Shown: piece by piece, positions 30,263 through 41,301 of the stretch | Numbering within the stretch: position 1 is the stretch's first letter | How the letters are laid out: every line of letters begins with the position of its first letter | Assembly (NCBI GenBank): GCA_025594325.1 | Contig: JANHCV010000012.1 | Span: 372,001-436,000, forward strand | Direction of reading: 5' to 3' | DNA length: 64,000 bases | Origin: Blastocladiella emersonii ATCC 22665 | Taxonomy: Eukaryota; Fungi; Blastocladiomycota | Program-made: the position numbers and the translations under genes | The notes under the pieces: model-generated | What the model was told of the DNA's origin: nothing | What the model saw: the letters and a program-made list of their open reading frames with translations, nothing else | Databases searched by the model: none

Positions 30263-31744
30263 TTACCTCGTCGTAATATGAAGCCCGGGTCGTACGGTTC
30301 CGATGAGGGGAGCAAGGTCGCGAGTGATGCCTGTCGCGGGATCGATGCAGTTGCGAAGGAAGAGAAGCCTGACTGTTGGCGGAAGATTGCAAAGCACGCG
30401 CTGAACACCTGCGTCGCTGATTGTTGCGTTGGAAAGCTCCAGCCGCTTGAGCCGAGCCGGAATGCGGTCCATGAGCGCGGCCACGCCGGTATCTGTCGCA
30501 CGAACCGAGCCCACGAGCAAGTCCGTGCGACTCGGGCCGAATGCGCTCGCAAGCGTAGCAACACCCTCGTCGCCCAGAGGATTCCGCCAACTGAAAAGGC
30601 TTTCAAGCTGCAGAGGAAGGTGCCGAGCGACCTGCACTGCGCAGTCGGCCGTGATGCCGTTGTTGGTGATATCAATCTGGGCGAGGGTGCGCTGTAGGCG
30701 CGGCACAAGTAGCGCGGTGCCTTGTGGCCCAAGCTCTCACGAGTTGAGCCGTATCTCCTTGAGCTCCTGCCGTACGCACGTGTCGAGGGCCCGCGCGTAC
30801 TCGCCGTCAAGCTTGGTCAGAGTGAGATTGATCGAAGCAAGTGATGGAGGAAGCGAGCGGAACAGCACCTCCGAGTCTTGCACGGTACCAAGGTTGTTGC
30901 TCAAAAGATAAAGCGTGTGAATGCTCGGCGGGAATGGGGTGAGACTCGGGTCGTTCAAAAACTTGGCGGCACCGACGCCCGCCCAATTGCTTGCAATCTC
31001 GAGCGATTTGACCGAGTTGGGCAGCCGCATCGCGCAAAGTACTTCGAAGGTGAGATCGCAATAAGTAAGGCTCAAGTCGTGCACCGTGACAGCCGGATCG
31101 GCCAAGGCGGGTGCAAGAACATTTGCGCCGGCCTTGGTGATGCGCTTTTCTGTGCAGCAGAAAATGGTACCGGAACTGGTCCGCAGATTGGGAAGCTGGG
31201 TCGCAAGGTGGGCATCGCCAGGAGGATGATCGCGGAGCTTGAGTCTCTACGGATCGGTCTTGAAGCTAGTGAGTGTGTTGGTAGCTACTGCCATTAGACG
31301 AGTGAGAAAACGTACGAATGATCGGTCTTCCACGAAAGGGTTAGCCCGTTCCCCGCAAATTCCGTTGAAATGAGCCTGTACCACGAACCCGACCTCACAC
31401 TCGGGCAGCGGGATCGCCGTGTGACACCGCCACCAATCAAGCGAGCGGTAGAGTCGAGAAGCGTCGGTGATGGCGCGGCCCGCATATTCGAGCGGGCTCC
31501 CTGACCGAACCCACGCGTCAAGCACATTGAGGCGGCCCGTCTCACTGGCCTCATCTATGGAAATCGACATGGTGTGGTCCTGGATCGCGCGGTGCACGCA
31601 AGGGGCGCGGTCGCGCGGCATGACGCGAGAGTACCGCGACCTGCCGTGGACGTCGTCCCGGTCGTGCAGTCGGACCGCGCAGCACAGGATCCGATCGAGA
31701 ACAATAATTGGCAATGCAGGGGGTTCCATATTCATTGGATCCAT
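30263..31744 (-). pseudogene. F-box-like/ankyrin-like/LRR gene copy 2 (in-frame TGA)
   Basis: LPIIVLDRIL, YSRVMPR, IDEASETGRLNVLDAW..LDWW, intron 31247-31315, LP..L..L.L..N repeats; single TGA at 30737-30739. Confidence 0.8.
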
Positions 31745-32116
31745 GGTGCGTGTATTATGCGACTGAGGGGAGAATGTCTCGTTTTAAACGCCACGCGTTC
31801 GGGTGACGTCAGGCTATGGACCCAAGATCCCGTGAGTGGCGCAACGCGTCTCGCACAGTAGGCGCTGTGGAACGCGTGCCGTTGCCACCCGCAACAGGAC
31901 GCATCAGAAACCAGAATGATGTTGCTTCAAAAAGCGCATGCACGCATGGAGCACCAATATATTCACAGTTCAGGTCATGCGGCCAGTCCGCGAACTGCAG
32001 CGCGTGGCCGAGACCAAAAACAGCGAGTATCCGCAGTTTCGACATTTTATGCATCAAAAAAACTTAATGCATTGACTCGATGATATGCAGTCAGTTCCGA
32101 TGAATGCAAACTAGGG

Positions 32117-33262
32117 ATGAGGGGCGTCGCGACTCGCACCAGCGTGAATCCGGCGGCGAGAGCTCCCGCTCTCTCATCACCCGACTCGCCTTCGACGACC
32201 ATGACGACTGCAACGAAAGGAAATAGCCGCAATGATGATTCCCTGACGCTCAGTTGCGATCTTTCTCTTCCCTACAGCGTCATCGAGGTGATTCCCAGAC
32301 ACGCTGTGACCTTGCATGACCCAAAGGAGACTCGAAGCTTTCGAACGTACTTGCGTGTCCTCCCGCGCGCTCACGCTCCGAGTGTTTGCAAGGCCGTTCT
32401 TCGCCGCGCGACCTACTTCTCGATAGACAATGCGGGCATCTTTGGCCGGCTTCCCGTGCTCAAGGAGTGGAAGCGGTCTGGCCTCCGGCTCAAATACACG
32501 GACACATCCCTCTCCCTTGCGTGGTGCAACCGATCCTGCGACATTGTCGAGTGGTGGCGAGAGTCTGGCCTTGAGCTGAAACTCCACCCCGATTTTCATG
32601 CTGCTGGCCGCGCCTTCATAATGCCATGCCAAGAGTCTGTGCCTCGCGAGTTTCGTGGACACGTACTCATAGGCGCTGCCGACCTGCACCTTGCGGAGCG
32701 TTATGACGAGCTTGTGTCCGGAAAACTAAAAAAGCTGCGTCTCGAGTCGATGCGGATTACCCACGGCGGTGCCGAGCTGCTCGCTGACGTCCTCGCACAC
32801 CGAGAGAGCAAGGTGACGGCCATCGAGTTCTACGATTGTGCTGTGACTATGCATCTCCTCGAGGCTATACAGATCCCTGCTTCAGTGCGAACTTTGAAGC
32901 TCGAGCGAAACCCGCTCAATCACCAGTTTGGCGAAGTGTGCCCTTCATGGCTCCACGACGGGCTCGAGAAACTTTCGCTGGAACATAACACGTATGGATT
33001 TGGCGATCAGCAGCTTGATTTTTCGCCCTTCCCCTCGACTTTGCGCAAGCTTCGCATTTACTATGCTCAGTTTTCCCTTTTTACCGCGCTCTCGTTGATT
33101 CGCGCCCTCCCTGTGCAGCTCGAAGCTTTTGACATTGACGAAGCGCGACTGCCAAACGAGGCGGTCAAAGAGTTCGCGCTGCGACTTCCCGAGCTGGCGA
33201 GGACTTTGACGATCGCGCTGCGCGGCGGTCGCTCCAGAAACACTGCCCAAACTGCAAACTGA
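32117..33262 (+). CDS. F-box-like/ankyrin-like/LRR gene copy 3 (intact ORF)
   Basis: LPYSVIEVI, YLRVLPRAHAP, IDNAGIFGRLPVLKEWKRSGLRLKY..VEWWRESGLELK, then LRRs; start at 32117 or 32201. Confidence 0.8.
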   Translation: MRGVATRTSVNPAARAPALSSPDSPSTTMTTATKGNSRNDDSLTLSCDLSLPYSVIEVIPRHAVTLHDPKETRSFRTYLRVLPRAHAPSVCKAVLRRATYFSIDNAGIFGRLPVLKEWKRSGLRLKYTDTSLSLAWCNRSCDIVEWWRESGLELKLHPDFHAAGRAFIMPCQESVPREFRGHVLIGAADLHLAERYDELVSGKLKKLRLESMRITHGGAELLADVLAHRESKVTAIEFYDCAVTMHLLEAIQIPASVRTLKLERNPLNHQFGEVCPSWLHDGLEKLSLEHNTYGFGDQQLDFSPFPSTLRKLRIYYAQFSLFTALSLIRALPVQLEAFDIDEARLPNEAVKEFALRLPELARTLTIALRGGRSRNTAQTAN

Positions 33263-33461
33263 CGAGTAAGTGGCCGATGAAGTAATCTATTGCGAAGGAA
33301 GCTCTATTTAAGCTATCACACGGTTGCGGAACCGATCGAGTTCGTGGCGGCGCCACTTTGGCGACGCGCCGCGCCACACTTCCCCCGAACCCATGGAGCC
33401 AGTTTTTGATGGAACTTTCAAACTCATGTATAATATCAGACAACCGCTATCTCTTCAACCG

Positions 33462-35555
33462 CTACTGCACCGACGACAGCGCCTCGTACTTGGCGCTCTT
33501 CTTCTTGCTGCCGGACGCGGGCGGCGAAAAGTCGACGCGCTTGACCGAGTTGACGACGCGCCACAGGGCAAAGTACGAGGCGATGAGGAGGACGGCCCAG
33601 TACGCGAACATGACGATGAGATTGACGGCGACCGAGCCCTGGTCCTCGAGCGCGAGGTTGGCGATCGTGTCCTCGCCCGGCTGGCAGCCGCGCGCCTGCG
33701 TCCGCGCGTCGTCCTTGGCGGACGGACAGATGACCAGCCCACTAAATTCGGACTTCACGAGCGCTGCGAAGCCATATTTCATGGGGCTGAGCCACTTGAT
33801 CCAGTCGAGGAACGCGGGGACGCCGCTCGCGAAGTAGCCCGAAAACAGCATCATGGGGAGGAGGGCTGGATGGACGGCGATGGCGTTTTCGATCTCGTTA
33901 ATGGTCTGTTCATCTGCTTTTTGAGCCGAAAAAAACAAAGAAAGTGTCAGCGTACCGAGGGGAACAATGGTCAGCGCGACACTGAGGTCGTCAAACGCGC
34001 AGGCCGAGAGCGTGCCGATGGCCGACCCGCACAGCGCCATGGCGATGGTGACGAGCGCCGTGATGACAAACTTGCCGGCATCGTGCTGGAGGCCGACCAT
34101 CCAGTACAGGATGGCGACGAGGAGGACGGGCATGGCGATCTGGAACGGCAGCTCGACGGCCATCTTGGAGAAGAAGAAGGCGGGCAGGCGGTAGTACCCG
34201 CCGCTGTACTCGCGCTGGAACACCTGCTTCTCGGCGGCGAAGATGGACAGGATGCCGATGGCGCCGCCCATGACCTGGTTGATGGCGAGGAAGAAGAGCA
34301 CACCGATGCGGTCCTGGATCTGCGACGCGGCCTTGCGCCCGGGGATGTTGAGGTACAGGAGCCCGATCAGCACGGCGATGAACAGCGTCTGGCCGAGCTT
34401 GGCCTTGATGATGAGCGAGTTGCGGAACGCGTTCTTGCTGGCGCGCCCGAACAGGACCGCGAACTGCTCGGCGAACCGCGGCACGTACTTGAACGAGGCG
34501 CGCGTGATCCCGTCGGTGCGCGGCGGGCGCGCGATCGCCTCGAGGACCGCCTTGTTCTCGGGCGAGTGCTTCCACACCTCGAGCAGCCGCGGGATGCGCT
34601 CCTCGGGCGTGTAGGGACCGGTACCGGACCCGACGCTCGCCGCGTTCAGGATGTCCATGAAGAAGTAGTCGGCCGGGTTCGAGTACTGCGGGCACGGGTA
34701 CCCGGCGCGCGCGAAGTACGCAATCGAGTCCTCGGCGGGCCCGTAGTACATGATCTCGCCCTGCGACAGGATGCACAGGTCGTCGATCAGGTGGAAGATC
34801 TCGGACGACGGCTGGTGCAGCGTCGCGACGACCGTGCGGCCGCTCGCGGCCAGGTCCTTGAGCAGGCGGACCACGGACACGGCCGTGAAGGCATCTAAAC
34901 CGCTAGTCGATTCGTCGAGCCACGCGATTGGTGGATTCGTGATGAGCTCCATGGCCATGGTGACGCGCTTCTTCTCGCCGCCCGAGATGCCCTTCATGGT
35001 CGCCGTGCCGATGAGCGAGTCCTTGCACTTGTCGAGCCCGAGCATGGTGATGGTCTCCTTGATGCGGCGCGAGCGCTCGGCCTCGGGCATGTCGTGCGGG
35101 AGGCGCAGCTTGGCCGACATGGTGATGGCCTCGAGGACCGTCTGCGTGCCGAGCACCACGTCCTCCTGGTGGACGAACGCCGACACGCGCTTGATCTCGG
35201 CGCCCGTCGACCGCTTGCCGTTGAGGTACAGGTTGCCCGAGATGGTGCCCGCCGTCGCCTGGCCCGCGATCGCGTTTAAGCACGACGTCTTGCCCGAGCC
35301 CGAGGCGCCCAGGATGACGGTGAGGCGGCCGGCCTTGAACGACGAGGCGAGGTTGCGCAGGATCGGCTTGTCGACGGCGTCCTTGCCGCTGCCGACCTTG
35401 ACCGAGTAGTCGAGCTCGTCGAACGCAATGTCGATGCGGTCGGCGACGGGCAGCTCGGGGATGTCGTGCTGTGACCCGCGGCGTTGGCCGTTGCCGCCGT
35501 CCGGGACGGCGATGGTGATGTGGTCTTCTTGCAGCGCAGCGGAGGAGGTGGTCAT
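33462..35555 (-). CDS. ABCG (white-like) half transporter
   Basis: GASGSGKTS Walker A, ISGGE signature, LDESTSGLD, LHQP, C-terminal TMD; in-frame intron 33866-33955. Confidence 0.97.
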   Translation of the reverse strand: MTTSSAALQEDHITIAVPDGGNGQRRGSQHDIPELPVADRIDIAFDELDYSVKVGSGKDAVDKPILRNLASSFKAGRLTVILGASGSGKTSCLNAIAGQATAGTISGNLYLNGKRSTGAEIKRVSAFVHQEDVVLGTQTVLEAITMSAKLRLPHDMPEAERSRRIKETITMLGLDKCKDSLIGTATMKGISGGEKKRVTMAMELITNPPIAWLDESTSGLDAFTAVSVVRLLKDLAASGRTVVATLHQPSSEIFHLIDDLCILSQGEIMYYGPAEDSIAYFARAGYPCPQYSNPADYFFMDILNAASVGSGTGPYTPEERIPRLLEVWKHSPENKAVLEAIARPPRTDGITRASFKYVPRFAEQFAVLFGRASKNAFRNSLIIKAKLGQTLFIAVLIGLLYLNIPGRKAASQIQDRIGVLFFLAINQVMGGAIGILSIFAAEKQVFQREYSGGYYRLPAFFFSKMAVELPFQIAMPVLLVAILYWMVGLQHDAGKFVITALVTIAMALCGSAIGTLSACAFDDLSVALTIVPLGTLTLSLFFSAQKADEQTINEIENAIAVHPALLPMMLFSGYFASGVPAFLDWIKWLSPMKYGFAALVKSEFSGLVICPSAKDDARTQARGCQPGEDTIANLALEDQGSVAVNLIVMFAYWAVLLIASYFALWRVVNSVKRVDFSPPASGSKKKSAKYEALSSVQ

Positions 35556-36404
35556 CGCGAGGACTGGTGCTTACTGCTTCCCATTTTCGAGCGCGGGGAT
35601 CCCTCATTTTATACATTCTCGCTCCCACTTGTACGTTAGCCGGCCTCCGACGCGCCGTTACGCCGAGGCGCGGATAACCAGCGAGCCTGGACCGCGCGCC
35701 GCGCCGTGTTCGCGGCTCAGGGACCGCCGTGTGGCTGACGGCCTGTGCGGATGAAACAGGCCGCGCCGCGCGGATATCCGCGCCCCGCGTCACCCCGCTT
35801 CGCCGCACCGGAACGGCTACCTGCCGGCGCTGCCAGGGACCGGAGCGTCTGGGGTTGGGGTCGGTTACCTGAGATCGCGGATGTCGTGGCGCACAGGGAC
35901 GTGTGATGGTCGCCGCGCCGCGAAAGCCGCATCGTTGGTGGGGGTTGTTTGCGATTCGATGCGAAGAGCGGCGGCCATCGTTTTGCGACAGTGCTGGGTT
36001 GCCGTCGATGGTGAGTGCGATCGCGAGGGTTGACGGTCGTCGCGGAAAGCGCAGCGGCCACGGTCGCGAACTTGGCCATGGCCACGCGCGCTCGCGCGAT
36101 GTCCCAAGCCTGCTGTCGGTCCGGCGTTCGCCGCAGCGAGCCACACTCACGCTCGAGTCAACCGAGCTGTCGACCGTGGAGTATGAGACGCGAAGCGAGG
36201 TGGCTTCGCGTGGCCAATCTTGGCGAGTTCTCGGTTGACGCGCCTCAGGTTCAAGTCGCTGAGTGGAAGGGGCTTCAAGAGAGACAGTGGAGAGAGTCGG
36301 ACACACATCGTTATATGCACAATCATGCTCGCAACACATCACCACACGAACCACCGCGCCGCACGCTTCCCCACTCGCGAGCACCTGCTTCCGTCACAGC
36401 GAAC

Positions 36405-36677
36405 GCGGCCCGCGGCCCCGTGCATGCGCTCGTTGGCCACATCGCGACTCGAAGGAACGAGCGGGCGTCTCGCCCGCGACGCGCGCGACCTCGGCGAGGT
36501 GAAGCACACTTCGAGAGACGCGACTCTCGCGTGCCGTCGCGGGAGGAAAGGGAACGCGATCCCGGATCCCCTGCTGCACCGCGGCGAGGAGACGAGCGTC
36601 AACGGAACGACGAGCCGCCGCGAGTCGTTCGAGAGCGCATACGGCCAGCGCGTGCGCGAGACCACGGGCCGGATCCA
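36405..36677 (-). mobile_element. MITE-like element, family 1, copy B
   Basis: Reverse complement begins tggatccggcccgtggtctcgcgcacgcgctggcc and ends gagcgcatgcacggggccgc; same internal blocks as copies A and C. Confidence 0.6.
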
Positions 36678-37698
36678 TTATGACTGGACGGCGAGTGCGA
36701 GAGTCGAGTGGAGAGGGTGTGGCGAGGTACTTGGCGTTACGGCGCTCGGCCAACACACCGATTGTCGACCAGCTGTAAAAATGGTAGAAAGGTTCGAGCG
36801 AGTACGATGTTGAGCGCTGCGTTGGGATCCAGTCGCCAGCTCGATACGGTCAGCGTAAACAGGAAAAAGTGGATCGAGCCGCCGCGCGCTTGGAGACGGA
36901 GACCGGTCGGCACCGGTCGTCGATCTGCTTGGCCGGCACGTGTGTCGCAGCGCGCCGGTTGTACCGGACATTTTTCACGACGGCCGCCCGTGTCCGGCAC
37001 GACGTTGCCGTGGCAAAAATTGTCATGCGGAGTCGCTGAAACCACAACCCAACCAAGCGAGCGGGCACGCCAGTGAGCGAGAGCGCAAAAACGCTTGACA
37101 AGCGACGTCGAGGACCGGTGCTGGTCCTGGTCGGCGAGCGCCGCCGCCGCGCGGAGCCGAGTGCCGGTTTCGGGGCCCGTCACCCTCCAAGCTGTGCGGG
37201 GTCGTGTAGAGATGTGAGCAAGAATGAATGTGCAGCGAGTCCATTTGATCCCATGGTGCCGAGAAAGGGTGTAGAGAGCGCGAGAGGGGGAGCGTCGGTG
37301 GGCGGGCTGCGACGCGCAGAGTCGGCGACCGAGCTCGTTCGATCGGCGAACTCCTCGTTCCTCTGCCTCCAGAACCGTTGCTCTAGGTAGTCTGCTAAAC
37401 CTCTATATCATCACAGTGTATCTCAATATCATCCCCTCCATTTAACGCGTCATCCAACCTAATGGGAAGCATCCCGATACCCGCGATGGCGCGAAATAAG
37501 CGGCGGCGATCACGTTTCCAGTTGCAGCCACCGCGGCGCACGCGTTTTCGCTTTTTCTCGCTGCGACTCGACTCGGCCGGCGGAGCGCCACCGGACGCCT
37601 CCTCTCTCTCTCCCTCTCTCCCCCTCTCTTGTAACCCCAAGAAAGCCGAGTACCACGCATCTGCTCTGCATCAACGCCTCTGCACCCGCCAAACCGCC

Positions 37699-39595
37699 AT
37701 GAGTGCCGAGCCTGCCGCCGTCCAGCAGCTCACCCCGATCGCCGCCACTGCCGACGCCGCCGCCGCCTCCGTGACCGTCGACGACGAGGCCATTGCGCGG
37801 TGCGTCTTTCTTCGCACATGCGAGAGAGAGGCCCTTCGCTGACGCGCTTTTGGCGGAATGTAGCCTCCTCCAGCAAGAGTTTGACGACGAGGCCCGCGAA
37901 GCCGCTGCCCTAGCTGCCGCCGCCACCGCCGCCGCACCCACCGGCAACGGGTACCCGGGCCAGGAGTACTACACGCCCTCGTTCCCCGAGCAGCTGCCCT
38001 CCACTACGGAGCCGCAGCCGCCGGCGTTCGGGATCCAGGAGGCGCGCGACGCGGTGCGGTCCAAGCTCACGGACCTGCTGACCTTCATCAAGACCGAGGC
38101 GCAGCGCGCGGGGCAGAGTTCGGCCGTGACGTCGCCGACGAGTCCGTCCGCCACGGGTGCGCCCGAGCGCAGTGTTTCCGAGACCCCGACCTCCGCCGCG
38201 GTCCCGCACTCGCCGCCGCAGGCGTTCGATTTCGCCAAGTTCCTCGAGCAGATGCGCGACCGGCGCGCGCTGCCGCTGACCAAGTACTTCCGCAGCTTCC
38301 TGCGCGAGTTCACCAAGCGCAAGTGGACCGTCAACGAGCAGGTCAAGATCGTGCACGACTTCCTCGACTTCATGGCCGTCCAGCTCGCCAAAAACGAGCT
38401 GTACGCCAACGCGTCCGACGACGACCTCGAGAACGCCAAGGAGGGCATGGAGAAGCTGCTAATGAACAAGCTGCACCCCTTCACCTTCTCGCCGTCCACG
38501 TCCGACGACGGCGTGCGCGACGAGGTGCTGTTCAAGAAGACGTCGATCCTGCAGTGGATCGAGCTCAAGCACCTGGACGTGCACATTGCGCCCGAGACGG
38601 CCGGCCCGTTCCTGCGCGTCGCGCAAAAGGAGCTGCTCAAGATGAACGACTACAAAGCCCCGCGCGACAAGCTCATCTGCATCCTCAACGCGTGCAAGCT
38701 CATCTTCGGCCTGCTCAAGCAGGTGCACGCCCAGGAGACGGCCGACAGCTTCCTCCCGCTCCTCATCTTCGTCGTGCTCCAGGCCAACCCGCCGCACCTC
38801 CACAGCAACATCCAGTACATCAACCGGTTCCGCAACCCCGCCAAGCTCCAGTCCGAGGCCGGGTACTACCTGACCAACCTCATGGGCGCCGTGTCCTTCA
38901 TCGAGTCCATCGACCACTCGGTCCTCTCCATCGCCAAGGACGAGTTTGACGCACGCATCGAGCAGCGCATGCGCGAGCTCGAGGAGAAGGAGGCCGAGGC
39001 CCGCGCCGCGCGCGCCCTCGCCAAGCTCGACACATCGTCGTCCGACGCGGCGGCGCCCGCGGCCTCGCTCGTCGGCCCGCAGCAGCTCGAGCAGCTCGAG
39101 CAGCTCGCGGCCAACGTCAAGAAGCCCATCGAGCTCGTGTCGCGGTGGTTCGCCCAGGCCACGCAGTCGCTGACGTCCGCTTCCTCCTCGCCCTCGACCC
39201 CCTCGACCGCGTCGCCCGCCACCCCCACTGCCGCCGCCGCTGCCGACTGCAACACGGCCGCGGCGGTGTCGGCCGAGATGCAGCCCGTGGACCTGTCGCA
39301 CCTGAGCATGGAGGAGCGCGCCATGATGACCGACTACGAGCTGCAGCTGGCGATCGCCATGAGCATCTCGCTCGAGGAGGAGCGGCTCGAGTGGGAGAAG
39401 GTGCCCGAGGACATGCTGGGCGGCGACGCCGGGCTTGCGGCTGCTGCTGCCGCGGCGGCGGCGTCGGGCCCGACCACGGCCGTCGTCAACGACCTCATTG
39501 ACCTCGACGGCGAGTTCGAGGGGTTCTCGCTCCAGGAGTCGGCGAGCGGCGCCAAGCCCACGGCGACGGTCACGGCGGCCAACCTGCTCGTCTAA
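37699..39595 (+). CDS. VPS9: VPS9-domain Rab5 GEF with N- and C-terminal UIM-like motifs
   Basis: YKAPRDKLICILN, ADSFLPLLIFVVLQANPP.L.SNIQYINRFR, SEAGYYLTNL; intron 37800-37863. Confidence 0.95.
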
Positions 39596-39674
39596 GTCTT
39601 TGTTGTGTGTTGTGTGTACCATTCATTCCCCCCTCATCGTTGTTCGTGTAAACAAGATTTGTGTATCTCCTCTC

Positions 39675-40661
39675 CTAGTACGGGTTGAAGCGGTGCTTGC
39701 CGCGGTCCGTGAACCCCGTCATCCCACGCCCGCTGCCCGTCACGCCGACCTTGGCCAGCGGGTTATCGGGCGTCGCGAAGATGGACTTGCGCGCCGCGAC
39801 CCCTGGCACGGGCGGTACCGGTTCCGCGGCCGCCGCCTTCTTCCCCTTCTTGGACTGGCCTGACGCAAAGGCGAGCCACGACTGCTGCTGCTTGCGGTGC
39901 TGGGCCTCGAGCTCCGACACCTTGGCCGCCTTCTTCTTCTCCTTGACCGGCGGCGCGGGAGCCGCGGCAGCAACGGCCGCGGCGCGCGAGGGACCGCCCG
40001 TGACCGTCGGCGCGGACCCGAACACGGGCGTCGCGCCGTGCACCACGGCCGGTGCAGCTGCGTACCCACCCGATGCGCGCGGTTTGGACTTTTTCCCCGA
40101 CGCCGCGCTCGCCGCCGCGCGCGACGCCGCCGCCGCCGCGGCGGCCGCCGTCAGCTGGCGCAGGATCGCGGGGTCGTACGCCATGGTGTTGGCCTGCTTG
40201 ACGAGCTCGACGGACGTGTACCCGGCAAAGGTGACCGAGTACGTGATGTCCTCGGGCGAGGCCGCGTCGCGCGTCGAGACGGCGGTGACGGCGGCCTCGT
40301 ACCATTTCCCGTTGGTCGACCATTTCGCGAGGATGGTGTCGCCGACGGACCACTGCGGGGTAAGCGCGGCGGGGGCGGGGCGTGGTGGTGGGGATGGTGG
40401 AGCGGCGGCGGGAGCGGCGCGGGTGGTGGGAGGGAAGGCGGGGCCGATTTCTTCATGGTGCGAGTGGGATGGTTCCTCGACGGGCAGCGCGGCAGCCGAC
40501 GCAGCCGGTTCGGGCTCGCCCAGCAGCGTGCGGGTGAGCGCAATCACCTCCTGCAGGTCGGCGCGCAGCGTGCGCAGCTCGACGTTGTGCGGGTCGGCGT
40601 CGAGCGCGGCCTCGATCTGCTGCAGCTGGTACTGGTACGACTCGAGTTCCTCGGCGCTCAT
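39675..40661 (-). CDS. SPF30: SMNDC1/SPF30 Tudor-domain splicing factor
   Basis: ELESYQYQLQQIEAAL, WSVGDTILAKWSTNGKWYEA Tudor, SIFATPD...KVGVTGSGRGMT. Confidence 0.93.
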   Translation of the reverse strand: MSAEELESYQYQLQQIEAALDADPHNVELRTLRADLQEVIALTRTLLGEPEPAASAAALPVEEPSHSHHEEIGPAFPPTTRAAPAAAPPSPPPRPAPAALTPQWSVGDTILAKWSTNGKWYEAAVTAVSTRDAASPEDITYSVTFAGYTSVELVKQANTMAYDPAILRQLTAAAAAAAASRAAASAASGKKSKPRASGGYAAAPAVVHGATPVFGSAPTVTGGPSRAAAVAAAAPAPPVKEKKKAAKVSELEAQHRKQQQSWLAFASGQSKKGKKAAAAEPVPPVPGVAARKSIFATPDNPLAKVGVTGSGRGMTGFTDRGKHRFNPY

Positions 40662-40899
40662 GGTTTCATGGGTTTGCGTTTGTGTGAGGGGAGAGAGAGG
40701 GAGGGAACGAGCGCGGTGAGCGACGAGGAAGGGGAAGAAGAAGAAGGACCGGGGAAAGCGTCAGCTGAGCGCACGCCACACGGTTTCGATGGATCATCAA
40801 CCTCTCTCTTCGCTCCGCTCTACTCCCCTCACCGAACGTATCAGGGCAGCTGTACCACCTAGCACCCGCTCCTACTCCCCGCAACGTAACTCCCACACG

Positions 40900-41253
40900 A
40901 TGGTCGTCCGGATCCGCTTCTCGCGCATCGGCGGGCGCAACAACCCGCTGTACCGCGTCGTGGTCGCCAACAACAAGACGCGGCGCGACGGTCTCCCGCT
41001 CGAGGCCGTCGGCTTCTACAACCCCGTCCCGAAGACGGACGGCACCAAGTTCGTCGACCTCGCCGGCGAGCGCATCAAGTACTGGCTGTCGGTGGGCGCC
41101 CAGCCCACGCCGCCCGTCAAGAAGATGCTGGCGCGCGCCGGCTTCATCCCCGAGCTGCCGTTCCACCTCCGCCCCTTCATGCTCGACACGCCCAACGCGC
41201 GCCGCGTCAAGCACATGCCGCCGCTCAAGCCCGAGGGCGCCGCGTCCAAGTAA
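40900..41253 (+). CDS. MRPS16: Mitochondrial ribosomal protein bS16m
   Basis: MVVRIRFSRIGGRNNPLYRVVVA..RRDG, ERIKYWLSVGAQPT. Confidence 0.96.
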   Translation: MVVRIRFSRIGGRNNPLYRVVVANNKTRRDGLPLEAVGFYNPVPKTDGTKFVDLAGERIKYWLSVGAQPTPPVKKMLARAGFIPELPFHLRPFMLDTPNARRVKHMPPLKPEGAASK

Positions 41254-41301
41254 TTTCTCTCGATTTCTAGCTGTTCATGTATAAACCTTGTCCTCCATTC
41301 A

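Noticed and set aside
36394-36756. 120-aa ORF spanning MITE-like copy B as a protein-coding gene
   Set aside because: Other copies lack an equivalent start and frame; conservation is better explained by inverted repeats and a hairpin
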